Below are positions 13,901 through 26,246 of a stretch of 64,000 nt of DNA, piece by piece (position 1 is the stretch's first letter; every line of letters begins with the position of its first letter). The stretch comes from Cycas panzhihuaensis. Lineage: Eukaryota; Plantae; Cycadophyta. The notes under the pieces were generated by a model. That model did no database searches. It saw nothing but the letters and a program-made list of their open reading frames with translations, and had not been told where the DNA came from. Where the stretch lies: assembly GCA_023213395.1 (NCBI GenBank), contig CM041465.1:206529741-206593740 (forward strand), written 5' to 3'. A program made the position numbers and the translations under genes.

Positions 13901-15583
13901 GCACACCCTAATGTTAATGCTAGATAAATAATGATGGAATCCATGTTAAGCCAATGCTGTCCAGTGAATCTCTAATTCTAAGCTGAAAGTGCATGATTTT
14001 GAGGCACCACTGCAAAGTTAAATGGCTTGCTCATCACTACTGGCTAGCTTAAACCATCATTACCTACACTAGTCTACCCAACTAATGATTGCAATATGCA
14101 CGTTGAGTATTCCCTTCTCCAATCTCAACCTCTAATTTTCATCTTGGTCTGCTCTTCATAGGTACAATTTAAACCCATTACATACTTCCATGGATGATAT
14201 TTAGTCAGAGTTGGATGAACTCCCTGAAGTCTCCATGACATTATACTACTCTCTTGCTTTGAAATTGGCCTTGGAAATCTACCTCCTCCTTTCAAACCCC
14301 AACTCATAATTCTACAAAAAAGAACTTATTCAAAGGAGCTCCAAAACCCTACAATCGGGTTTATGTAACTCAATTTCATTTCAATTCAATTAACTGGGAT
14401 TTTGAATCTACTAATGACCCCTTTTTTTAATTTTTTTCCTTTTTTGGCCCTTTTTTTTTTGGGTTCAACTGGCCAAACCCAATTCTTATGTGGCATTCAG
14501 CCCGACCATACTCGCCTAGCTCAGCCAAACATGGTTCAAAACCCAACCAAACCCAGTCAGGAATCCTTGAACCAAGTTTGAGTTCGAACCAAGCTTACAA
14601 ACTTGATAACACTAGAGAAGGATTAAGAGAAGCTAAAGTAGGTTGAACAAGATCACCTAATATTTAGGCTGTAGCATTAGCAACATAAGAGTTCAAAATT
14701 AGCAGCTCTCTAATGATCAAAAGAATCCAGTGAACATGGGAAATTATCTCCACACAAGAACCATACTCCCCTAAAGCTAGTTGCATCACCAGCACATGGG
14801 GGCTTCCAGTCTGCCAATTCTTAAACCAAAAAGGAAAATGGCCAAATGATTACCCCTTATTAGAAACTACAGATAAGGAGGTCCCCATGTGGTTATAAGA
14901 TTCAAGGAACAAGTGAAGTAAGAACCCTATTTCATGAATATAGTGAGGATCTAGAGTATCTTGCTCATATCTTATGCCCATGGTGTAGACATAAGTCCAT
15001 CCTAGGAAAGTGGATAGTGGCTGGCCCCTGATGGTGCCATCTATGATTGTGTTTGTTGCAGGAAACTAGATGCTATTAAGAGTCTTAAATCCAAGATCCA
15101 AGGCTATTGCTATCTAATCAGTATCCATACACCCTCAGCCTTTTAGATAAGCAATTGTCTATAAAATGCCATTTAATAAGTAGAAGTGGACCAATGAGAT
15201 TCACTATTCTGAACTAACCGAACAGGGCCAAAGGGATTCATAACACTGAATTCACTGACCCGGACTGAGGAACTACTTTTCTAATTTGGATCCCTATTAA
15301 CTAGAATGTTTCCCTATGAATTAGAATCAAGGCCTCATCACATAAAAAGTGGAGCCAACAGAGATATAGACCTACAATGAATGGAGAGTCATTAAAGATA
15401 TATTCCACCTCAACACAGCAGAATGGGCTGTTTTGAAGAGATTATTAAACAAATCCCAGTCTGAATCTTTCCCAAAACGAGCGTTACTGTAATCAGGCTG
15501 AGACAATGATTCCCCCATTGATGAGCCTAAAGCAGAAATCAATTTATAATGCTTTGCTTCCAAAGACGGGAATGCTACAGGAC

Positions 15584-15823
15584 CTGAACAAGGAATAAAA
15601 CTTGAATGACCTGAAATAGCAGCAGTGCAAACACATCAAACAAGTATGGCAACTGCCAGTTGCTTCCAAGTATAGAGTCTTCACATGTGCCCTGACAGGG
15701 TATACAACATTACCTGAGGAGCAAATGAAACTTGAATGACTTGAAAGAGCAGTGGTGAAGATGAATCAAACAAATATGGCAATTGTTCGTTGCTTCCAAA
15801 TATAGAGACTTCACATGAGCCCT
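15584..15823. repeat. Two-copy tandem duplication, 130-bp period
   Basis: AAACTTGAATGAC at 15598 and 15728; TTCACATGWGCCCT ending at 15693 and 15823. Confidence 0.85.
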
Positions 15824-17166
15824 TACACTACACAGAGTTTGCCAATCAAGGCAAAGTTGACTAAGACAGACCTAAGAGATGAGCCGTATGTCAGATATAA
15901 CAAGGACCACCACAAGTCTTCATAGAATGTGATTTTGCAGAACAAAATCTGGAAATAGATTCACAATAGATGGAAGCACAGAATTCGTTGGACTTGTACA
16001 GGTCAATCGAAAGAATGTTTGCATGAAAGCTACATGCTACGGAAAACTGCAAGGACCACAACACTGTACCACCTACAGAGAACGCAATGGAAAGTGTTAA
16101 ATTAGGGGCACGCTAGCAATGCAGCTCCTTGAAACTTGTTAACTAATGATACAATGAGGCACTGGCAGGTAAACATTTCCAGGTGCTAAATCAAAAGTTT
16201 CCAATGCTGAGCTCTCTAGTAGAGCAGGACTCTAATGACAGCTGAAACTTGTAGTGCAGTGTCTATAAGATACATTGACAGCACAACGCAATATTGGCTG
16301 TCGTTACAATTGTGTATTTATCAGTATGTTAGTATGTGCACAAGTTGGCAATGCATATATTTGATATTTTGGCTGTAGATGAAATGCAAACTCACTTTCA
16401 GGTATGCTGTGCCCAACTTTCCATATCATATGTTATTGTCATAGAATATTCAACGTAGGTGTGATGAATTCAGCCCCAGGCTGCATACGGTAAATACAGC
16501 TTACCTTGTTATAGTTCTGGTGCTTAGATTTTCTTTCTGGTTGGAATCACCTGATATAATGTGCTCTTTAAATTTTCATGATATATGTATATTTGATCAA
16601 AAATAACAACACTAGCATTGATCCAATTTGTATACAAACAAAACCTTTCAATTTGAACTTTAGCCGCATTCATCATTTGTAAACATATCTACCAGACAGA
16701 ATAGAATTATGGAAACCATTATGCTAACTAGTTAAGGATACAGGGGAGTTACAAATACAGTAATTGTTATTGAGCCATAAAGAAGAACGGCCATTCACAT
16801 CAACCTTGACATTCATACAACTTATGTTATGTGCCCATGTCAGAAAGAATGCACTTGGACAATGATTTGTGATGCGAACTAAAACCTCTTACAACAAATA
16901 AATTTCAAGATCTAGATGCTATCATGTAACTTCAGAAGGTTAAGGTGAGAAGCAACCAAGAAATGAAAAAAAATGTCTCATGTTGGCACCCGAGGACCAA
17001 ATACCGAAAATCAATGAATAATCTAACCTACCTAAGGATGCTAGCCAGGCCTCTTACAAACTGTCACACATGCACAAGCTTTAGCCTTTCACACTTGGCA
17101 TGTGGACCTTAAGTCATCTCAATAAGATTTCACATCCAGTGGCAGGATGCATAGAGCCTTGGCACT

Positions 17167-19742
17167 TTACTTGTCCTTTAGAGAGGTCAGCTTATTTGCC
17201 ATCTTTATGTTCCCTTCCTTCTGGTCACCAAAGACACGACGGCGAAAATCCTCCACCATCAGGGGAAGACCATTTCTTAAAGAGACTTTGGGTTCCCATC
17301 CAAGTAAATCTTTAGCTTTAGTAATATCGGGTTTCCTCTTGTGGGGGTCATCTTCAGTGTTCGCTTTGAACTCAATCCTTGCATTAGGGTCTATTGTCTC
17401 CTTTACAACCTGCAATGCATGAACATGAAATTTATAATTGATACATGAAAGACATAATAGTAAGTTCAAGCTTGCTTAAATGGTAGAGAGATGTTGCAAG
17501 CCTTCACGTGCATTCCCTATACAGGGCTTACGTTGTAGCTGCAAATGCAATGAATCGAGGCAACTCCAAATCATGCCACCAGTTTTCCATCCACTAACCA
17601 CTTGGCCAAATCTCCCTAATCTTGAAGAATATAATACTGCATAAATGGAAATTGTGTGTATCCTACACAAGCTAGGACTTGATTTCAGTTGCATAAACTA
17701 GTGTGTGATTTGATAGATACCTGTGCTAACTCTAACATCGTAAATTCCCCTGGATTTCCAAGATTGAAAGGACCAACATGCTCACCCTCCATAAGTCGCA
17801 TAAGGCCTTCAACCTTTCAAAATGTCCCAGCACAAATTGTTGTTATTCAAGAACCAAAGCAGAGCCATACAGCAAGATTACCAATTATCTAGGGTGGTAG
17901 GCAAATAAACTTTACTTTAGCATTTCTACTACAGTTATCAGCCTACCAGATCAGAGACATATTGAAAACTCCGTGTCTGTTTCCCATCTCCATAGACTGT
18001 CAAAGGCTCCTTGCGCAAAGCCTGCATAAAGGTATTAAACAATGTGAGACAATGCAATTACATTGAAACAGGGAAGAATCCAAATAATCACCAAATCCAA
18101 ACAAGAGTATAGACAATGTAAGCCATTTCAATTACATTCAAACAAGTAAGAAATATAAATAACCCCTAAATTTCCAGGAAGTCACCAATTCAAGTGCAAA
18201 GGCATTCATCAACAAGGAGCACGTTGAAAGAAAAAGATCAGAGCCTCAAAACATGGTCTCAAGACTATGGATCATATAACACCAACACTAATCCAAGCAA
18301 CCCAATCGCTAACAACTCATTGGAGAATCAACAGACTGGTTCAAAAGGCAATGCTAACCTGAGCAACAAAATTGCTAACAACTCGACCATCATCAATGCA
18401 CATTCTGGGACCATATGTATTGAAGATCCGAGCAATCCGAACCTGACGACATATCATATTAAGTGTTTCAGGGGTTACACTACTAATGAGTGGAATACCA
18501 CTATATCACTTTTTCCAGCACAAAATCATAAATTTTCCATTCAGCACAAATACCCAGAATACTGAAATCTCAAGTAGCAAACAATTAAAAATATATTTAA
18601 ACTACCAGGTCAACAAATACTCAAACCCTTATCCAACAAACCTCAACATTTGCTCCGCGGTGGTAATCCATTGCTAATGTTTCCGCAGTCCGTTTTCCCT
18701 CGTCATAGCAACTTCGAACACCTAAATGTCCCCATTCAAAATCCCGTTAGCCAAAAATTCTCCAAAAACAAGACAATGATGACCAGAAATGTCAAACACG
18801 ACAACAACAAATCCAAACATGAAAAGAATTCCACCTATTGGATTGACATTTCCCCAATATGTCTCAGTCTGAGGATGTTCAAGAGGATCTCCATACACTT
18901 CACTGGTACTCGTAAGCAGGAACCGAGCACCGACTCTCTTGGCTAACCCAAGCATGTTCAAAGTCCCCACTACATTGGTCTTGTAACGCTTGAATTAAAG
19001 ATCAAACAAAATAATTGTGGTTCAAATCCTCCTATATATAAAAAAAAATAAAGCATTATCGATTCTTCAGATCTGTACAAGTTTTCATTATTTGAAGGCA
19101 CTGGAAAAATAAATAAGCGATAAATAAGGATATGATAGTTTTGACAGGGTTGTATTTGTAATGCACAGGAGAAGCAGGGCAGGCCAAATGGTAGATCTGA
19201 TCGACCTCCAACAACAAAGGCTCCACGACATCATGACGAATAAGCTCAAACCTGGGATTACCAAAATGATGCATGACATTCTCCTTCCTTCCGGTAAAGA
19301 AATTATCAACAACAATAACACTGTCACCTCTAGCCATAAGCCTGTCAACAAGATGGCTCCCTACAAAGCCAGCTCCACCGGTCACAACCACCCGCAACGC
19401 TTTCCTCTTCAAACTAAGAGGCACCTTAGCCCCCGAATTCACAATAGAACCGTGGTGATAATGAACAACCTGAGCACCGGGCGTTTCATACGTAATCCGG
19501 TGACGATTTTCTCCAAGCATTCCATTATTAGCAACATTAGCAACATTAGACGAAAAATACTGAGGCTGAAGAACAAAAAACATCGAAGCAATGGCGATTC
19601 CTATAAAAATAAATAGGAGGCGCTGCTCTCTGAGGAGGTAATCAACAGGCCTGATAATCGACCATCGCTTCTCCGGCTTCGGAGAATATTCGTCGCTGTT
19701 AGACTGTGTTTCGTGACCTCTGTAGATCAATTTCGATATCAT
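17167..19742 (-). CDS. UXS: UDP-glucuronic acid decarboxylase / UDP-xylose synthase, membrane-anchored (UXS2/4-like) type; 7 coding exons, 443 aa
   Basis: Exons (minus): 19134-19742, 18835-18982, 18642-18721, 18359-18442, 17947-18021, 17721-17813, 17167-17409. They join in frame. Motifs: N-terminal signal anchor ([19 protein letters not shown]), NAD-binding [31 protein letters not shown], catalytic [25 protein letters not shown]. Introns 2-6 are GT-AG and intron 1 is AT-AC. Confidence 0.97.
18983..19133 (-). other. U12-type (minor spliceosome) AT-AC intron, 151 nt, UXS coding intron 1
   Basis: 5' site ATC|ATATCCTT matches the U12 consensus. Branch-like TCTTTAAT at 19001-18994; 3' end GTTAC|AAG. 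Removal restores the conserved [16 protein letters not shown]. Confidence 0.93.
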
Positions 19743-19897
19743 CTTTACAATGCAAATTAAATATCTGTACAGCTATTATTCCGAATGCTCACCAAGATCA
19801 AACCGCTGCCATACAAATACCGTTAGATTTTAAAAGAAAACGAATTTCCGCCTAAATATTGCACAAATCCATCATCAGGCGAAGCATGCCACGACGC

Positions 19898-20015
19898 CTG
19901 CAAAAAAAATCATCAAAACACCGTAAATTTTCCGCAGAACGACACCCTACGACACGATCTCTATGCGAAGCAATTAAGTCAAAATTTCAACAGAAATACT
20001 CGACCAAAAACTAAC
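19898..20015 (-). other. Probable 5'UTR intron of UXS (118 nt)
   Basis: Donor AAG|GTTAGT at 20015 and acceptor TTTTTTTTGCAG|G at 19898, lying between the TATA candidate and the ATG. No transcript evidence is available. Confidence 0.55.
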
Positions 20016-20099
20016 CTTAACCAGATTTTCTTTGCAATATTGGCCGACTCCAAGCCGAGGCCGCAAGACACGAAAGACGCGCTCCTCCCGGGACCTTTT

Positions 20100-20900
20100 C
20101 CGCTCAAATTCTCTTCCGAGAAGCAGCCCGGGGTCCCACGGCGAAGCACCCCTTAATATACTTCAAAATAACCATCTAAAATATTCTGATTTTTAACCCG
20201 TTCTTACCGTAAAAATTTCCTCCGATTTTTCATCAATCACATAAATAATCTAAAAAATGAAATATTTTTCCTTAATCCACGGCCCATAACTCGTTGCCGA
20301 GCTCTAAGTGATCAGCCGAACATAGACTCCAATAATCCAGCGATTCCACGGCCGACCTGTCTGTCCATAGACGATCTTTAAACGCATTTGTTGCCATTGC
20401 TTGGGGCTTTATTCGGCACCTATCCAATTTCCTTTAGCTTTACGGCAAACCTTTTCACCCTGCCACGTCCTCGGATTTAAACGGTCTTATAGATTAGATT
20501 TCACGTAATTCTGGAGTCCGTCCACATGACTCGACGGCCGGTCAGTAATTGTGTCTAAAGCCGTCTTAACCTCGCATGCGAACCACGTTGAGTTAAGAAT
20601 AGTCTCATACTGCGCACTGAGCGGACTTTATTCATTTCGTGAGCTCAATGTTATAATGATCTGGAGTCCGGTTGGGGAGGAGCTTCGTTTACTTTTACGA
20701 AGAAAGAGAGAGAGAGTGTGGGCAAATGGCTGAGGGTCTGTCAACGGCGGAGATTAAGATTTCAAAATTTGTAAACTTTATGATTGGGGTCCCGCGCGAA
20801 ACGTGTCAGCCATGGGGTGGATCTTCGGGAGCCGTCGCCGGCACCCACCTTCCCTAGAGGCGTGATGTTAGGCCGAAAACGCCACCACATAAATTTGTTT
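20100..20900 (-). promoter_or_regulatory. UXS promoter region: TATA candidate, CpG-rich island, ACGT-core (ABRE/G-box-like) sites
   Basis: TATATTAA on minus at 20160-20153; ACGTGGC (minus) 20462-20468; ACGTGTC at 20801 next to CCGCGCG. CpG is abundant here and scarce in the flanking TEs. Confidence 0.55.
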
Positions 20901-21369
20901 TTTTAAATGGAAAAACTTTTGTTTTATTTTCGGTTATAAAGATTTTTTTTTTTTTTTTTTAGAAAATATTTTTTTTTTCTTTTTAAAACATTAGGTGAAG
21001 AGCACGTTTGAGGTGAGGGTACCATATGATTGGTGGTCTGACTAAGGCGATTACTTCCTTGGACACACATTGATTAGTAGTTGCCAATTTAGCATTGTCT
21101 CTTCGAGGAACAACACTAAATCACCTCTGGCTTTTGAGGTTGAATATTTTACTCATTCCTCTTCCTTTTTCTTCATTGTTAAGCATGGACGTGCGATGGC
21201 CTTTGGTAATTTGGTGTTTACATCTTCGCAACCTCCAATGCCTCATGGTTCCTTGATAGGACACTGAGTGGGTGACATGGTGGGTTCAACTACCCTTGAT
21301 ACATGGTGTTGATCTACTATTGATTGAGAAATGTTGTCACACCCTAGATATGACTATGATATGAGATGA

Positions 21370-21540
21370 GTTTAGCACATTTGGCTGGTATTAAGTGGCA
21401 TTCAAATTGTTCTCTCTTATAAATGTGCACATATGTGACCCCCAACTCGTGATTTCAAAGCTAAGTCTAAAAAATCCTTACCTTTGATGTTTATTGGAGA
21501 GAAGGATTTGATCTGAATCTAATACAACCCATTCTTAATT
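21370..21540 (+). mobile_element. Very old copia integrase C-terminal fragment
   Basis: KxKSKKSLPLMFIG...YNP resembles the copia KL.PKS.KCIFIGY..YRLYNP motif; short and decayed. Confidence 0.35.
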
Positions 21541-22660
21541 CCTGTGTTTCCTTAATTTCTAATTGAAGTAGACTTTCAACCAAGGCAAGTGACACAAGTT
21601 GTTTGATCAAACTTGGACTCATTAAAAGTTGTTTGAAATGGGACCCATTAAAAGGATGCTTATGACTCTGTTAATAATTCTCTAACTATATGAAAAAGCT
21701 TCGACTACTAACATATATACCTTCTATAATAATATTTAAACTCTCAATTTATAGTGATGTTATGTCTTACACCTGCCATCAATTGTTCAAGAAAGTAATA
21801 TTAATATGCCCTCATCAATAATGATGGCAGACAAATACTTCAGAAAAGTGCCAAACAAGTAAGGAGGTTTTAGAGATTTTTGCATTATTTTAAAAGGTTT
21901 GATAATAACCTTAAACATGTAAAATATAACATATTTATATATCTATAATATATATGATAAATAAAGATATATTATAAATGGAAAAGTCTTCTTGTTTTTC
22001 TAATACCTACGATCAATTTTATGGACCTTCTTGTAGTAAAGAACTAAGACATTTAAATGATTTAGCAAGTTGCTAAAATACTAGAAAATAAAATAACATT
22101 TCTTTTTGCAACACAAGTTTAAATAATAGAATAGTTAGCCTATTTTAGTATATCAAATTTGCCAGTTCAAAGACCTCATTAACTTTTCATTTACATCTTC
22201 ATATTACTATGTTGTTACTCTACTTTTCTAATATGTGAGGCCACATATAAGATGTTTTCTAGATCTTCTTATCATGTAATCCATTCCTATAATAAAAAGT
22301 ACTCTATAATATATGTTTAAGCCATATATTACTAAGATTTTTACTTGAAAGCTAATTGAAATAAGTCCAATTTTGGTAGAATTATATGGATAAATCTTGT
22401 ATATATATTTGGAATATGTTACTCTAGGTTTGAATGGATAAATGGGTCTAAGTAGTCAAGACAATTAATAATCGTATGATGACTAAACATTTAACATGTA
22501 AACCTATAGTAGTACTTCTTGATTAAATTATATTATATAAAGGGTATGATCCTAATGCCAACTTATATTGGCAATTTTGGTCTTTTGTATTTAACAAATA
22601 CATAAAATATAAATAATATCATTTGTGGCATATCTATTTGTATAATATATTTGTGGATAC

Positions 22661-23465
22661 AAACACACACACACGTGTGTATGTGTGTGTGTGCATGTAT
22701 ATATGTGTTTGTGTATAATCTTGATGCTGAGTTGGTTATATTTTATTACATGTTCAAGACTATATTATATTAAAAAGGCCCTTTAGATCAAGCCAATAGT
22801 TCTTCTAATAAGCTAATTAGAGGTAATTTTGGCAAGGTGGTCTCTAGAATATGGCCACCCTTAAAAGCATTTTCCTGATATTTATAAGGTAGCTAATGGC
22901 CATCCCTAATGCCCTTTTTTAAGGAAGCCATTTACAATTTGCAAGGGGCCTTCTGTAGCATCTAATGACCATCCCCTATTTGGCCTACAACAAATTAGAG
23001 GCAACTATCAAGTGATCTATAATCAATGGCATTCAAGATAGTTGGAAATTGCCTTAAAGGAGCCTTTAAGGTCAAATTTATAGTGGTTCTTGATTGCCTT
23101 AAATATGTTCATTATAGTTTTTTATAAGGGTCACATTTGAGGTAATTAGAAGTCACTCAAATCTATGTCTCCCTCCTTTGCCCCATCCTCACCCTCCAAC
23201 TTTATTTAGAAACATTGGCATATAGCAAGCATAAATATGTACAAATGTATATACATACATATGTACATATATAAACACATATGTGCATAAATATTCGTAT
23301 GAATTTATATATGCATACACATTCAAATATGCATGCACACACATATTCATAACCATAAATAAACATTGTAATATACATTTATAGGCATACACATTCACAT
23401 TCATATACATATATATAGTTAAACATGTATACACACAAGCATACATGTGAGTGTGTGCGTGTACA
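22661..23465. repeat. (CA)/(TG)/(TA) low-complexity tracts (22661-22715 and 23220-23465) flanking a block of dispersed short motifs
   Basis: Simple repeats are directly visible. GCC(C)TT(T)AA/G-type motifs recur at 22780-23105. Confidence 0.6.
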
Positions 23466-23468
23466 TAG

Positions 23469-26246
23469 TGTTGCAGTTTTGCAACCTAGGAGCCAACATA
23501 ACCAAGCTAATACATAAATTCGTTATTTAAAGGAAAGATAGTGGAAGCTATCATCATCAACTTTTTTTTATCTTAAATTTGGTTCTTAAGTGTTTGAACC
23601 CTCTATGGCAATTTGTAAATATACTTTCCCATTTTTTTTCCCATTTAGTTTATTATTTTATTCATTATTTCTCAATTGTTTAGTCTTGTTTTCATTTGGG
23701 GACTTATCATAAATGGTATCAAACCCGTGTCCATAGTTTTAATTATTTTACTATCACTAGCACTTCAGGGGCATCCCAGGTGGAGGAAACCTATAGTGGG
23801 TATCACCTAGAGTTGACTAGCATTAATTGCTCCAAGACATGAGTACTAAAAAAAAGGACTGGGGGTGAGAGCATGTTGTGGGACTACTATAGAGATTCAT
23901 GGCTCTATGTTGGGTATTGAAGGAAAATGCCAAGAGACTAATATGCAAGATAATAATGATGTCGATATTTTCATTGTCTTAGCAGCCATATAGGGCATTA
24001 ACACCACCCAAAATTGATTGGCATTGTTATTTAATATTGTAAGGAGGTCATAAAGAAGGTCACAAGTAGGAAAAAGGCACCCTATGTCATTGCAAGTAAG
24101 CCATGGAGCCCAAATCTTAAGGTGTAGTGTTAAAAAATCACCGCGAGAAGTGTCGATTAATAAGTTTATGAGATAAAAATAAAATTTTAATTTATTCTAA
24201 CATCCCATTTAAAAAACTTAATTTTAGAATATTTCTCTAAAATACTTTGTTATATGCCCAACCCCCTTTTAATATATCCACCTTCTTCCTCTTTTCTCTT
24301 CAATGTATCTTCTTCTTCTTTTCCTTCTTCCTCTTCACTAGTCTCTTATTGTATTTATCCCACTTCATGAGTGAAGAGGGATGGGTGGTCTTAGTAGCCT
24401 TATATATATGTATACTTCACTCTTATAAGGGACACTTTTGAGTATTGAGATATTATGTATTAGGAGGTTGCCCTCTCAAAGCGGTCCAACAATACAAGGA
24501 GATCTTATACTTGTGCAAACTTTCTTGTGGAGTTTCAACCTTCTTAGAAGATTTCACAATTATTAGAATGAAGTTCATTGCAAGTGGTATTAAAGTAGTC
24601 AAACCTAAAGCAAGTGAGAGAGATTCAAAAATAGTGAAGAATTTGGGATTTTTTTTTCCCTCTTTTGGTGAAGATCTAAACCTTTCACCTTTCCAAGTTT
24701 TATATTTTCTATTATTTTTCTTTCCTATATTTTTTTCAAGGGTAGATAACTTTATTAGGCAACTACCCTTTATTACCATTGGCTCTATTTACTGTTGTAA
24801 GTGGTTAACTTGTGTTAGGCAGATACCATGTGACAGGGGTCTATAAATATTGTGAAGGATTTGTCATTCTTGGCCAAACATATTTTGCCATAAACTAATG
24901 TGTGAAATGGAGGGGAATTGATACGACCCCAATACTTAGGCTTCAAACAGAATTCCTATACATAAGTGAGTCTTTAAGTACTATCACGTATATAAGAGAA
25001 CCCATATAAGTAGTCTGATCCATTTCCCAGAATAGGCAAAACTATGGCCATTAAAGTCTTGTAGTACAATGATTAACAATTAGCGCCATAAAGCTACCTA
25101 TCTTGAACTCCTACAAAGGGATTTATTGATAGGCTTATAAGATTAAATACTCCTAATTCTTGTAGTTAGTAGGAAAACCAACCCCATTTAAATTGTTAGT
25201 TCCATGTTCCCCTTCTTCCTTCTCCTTCTCCAAATCCTAAACTAGAAAGTTGCCTATTCTGGAAAAAGTAAGTATAGAAAAAATTACTCCTATGGTTATA
25301 TCTCTCTTTTGGAGGCTCTTATTCACCTAAAAATTTATAGGGCTATGTGAAACCCCATTCTAGATCATTTTGTTATTAACAACTTCTGGCAAAATTTTGT
25401 ACCAAATTGCCAAAAAGTATAAATTTATGAATTTTCATATTTTAACTACAACTCCTCAACCATTGCTTAAATTAGCCCCAAATTTTAGTTGTAGATACAT
25501 ATCATCATTCTAAACAAAACCCCTCTCTTAGTAGTTTGCCAATTTTTAGCCTAAGTGATTGATATTACCTTTCAACGGGCTCACACTGAACTAGAAGATT
25601 TACAAAATTGTATAAATCCTCTATAACTCCTCCTTCTATTGCCTAATCAGCTAAGTCCCCTTACTGAAAAAGTTTTAATTCATAATTTTTAACCCTTTGC
25701 AAAAATACATTTAAAAAAACTGTAAAACTAGTAGGACAACAGTCTAAAGATACCTACTAAGCGCCTAACCTCCTTAAAAACCCATATTCATAAGATAATA
25801 TTGAGCTAAGGTCAAGAAGGAAAAAGGCCCCTAAAATCAACCCCGATTGGAGCATCAAACTCAATGATGTAGTTACCTCATTAAGAGGAGAAATAAATAT
25901 TAAGAATTAAGATGTGTAATACACAATAAATAATATAGCCCTTTAAGTGTTTAATAGCACTACCCAATTGGAGAGGTTTTTCACCAACAAGGATAACCAA
26001 GTTAAAGAGGAAGACCACCACCACAAAAGAAAGGAGAAACTTGATTTTAATGATACACATCAACAAGGATATAATAATGATGGTATGGATGATAACCACT
26101 GTGATAATAGATGAGGCAAGCCAACCATCCTTCTAAAAGTATAGCTTAAAAAATTTAATGGTTCTGAGGTTCGAATTTGGGTGTCGCAAATGGAATAGTA
26201 CTTCACCCTTCACTAAATCCCAAAAGATAAAAAGATATCAATAGGT
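23469..26246 (+). mobile_element. Ty3/gypsy (chromovirus-like) element H: 5' LTR ~23469-23709, PBS ~23713, gag start; interrupted twice
   Basis: ...TTATCA followed by TGGTATCAAA. Positions 26130-26245 translate to KV*LKKFNGSEVRIWVSQME*YFTLH*IP, a typical gypsy gag N-terminus. Confidence 0.6.
24128..25867 (-). mobile_element. Probable solo LTR (~1.74 kb) inserted in element H
   Basis: Flanked by direct repeat TGTAG (24123-24127 and 25868-25872); starts TGTT; TATA-like run near 24400; no coding motifs. The right terminus is not a clean CA. Confidence 0.4.

Noticed and set aside
13560-14610. Possible hAT/BED-finger remnant (HPWKYV; repeated AACC/CCGA subterminal-like motifs)
   Set aside because: Too decayed; no TIR pair, TSD or continuous motif could be established.
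15372-15563. 63-aa ORF as a small gene
   Set aside because: Non-ATG start, no known motif and no supported exon chain.
16600-16676. C-box ATGATGA (minus) as a C/D snoRNA
   Set aside because: No D box (CTGA) or terminal stem at a suitable distance.
19056-19133. C-terminal 25 aa of the 228-aa ORF as real coding sequence
   Set aside because: It is read-through into the AT-AC intron; UXS homology stops at KTI.
18194-19616. Plus-strand ORFs 18194-18565, 18650-18946 and 19161-19616 as genes
   Set aside because: They are antisense shadows of UXS exons and introns, with no recognisable motifs.
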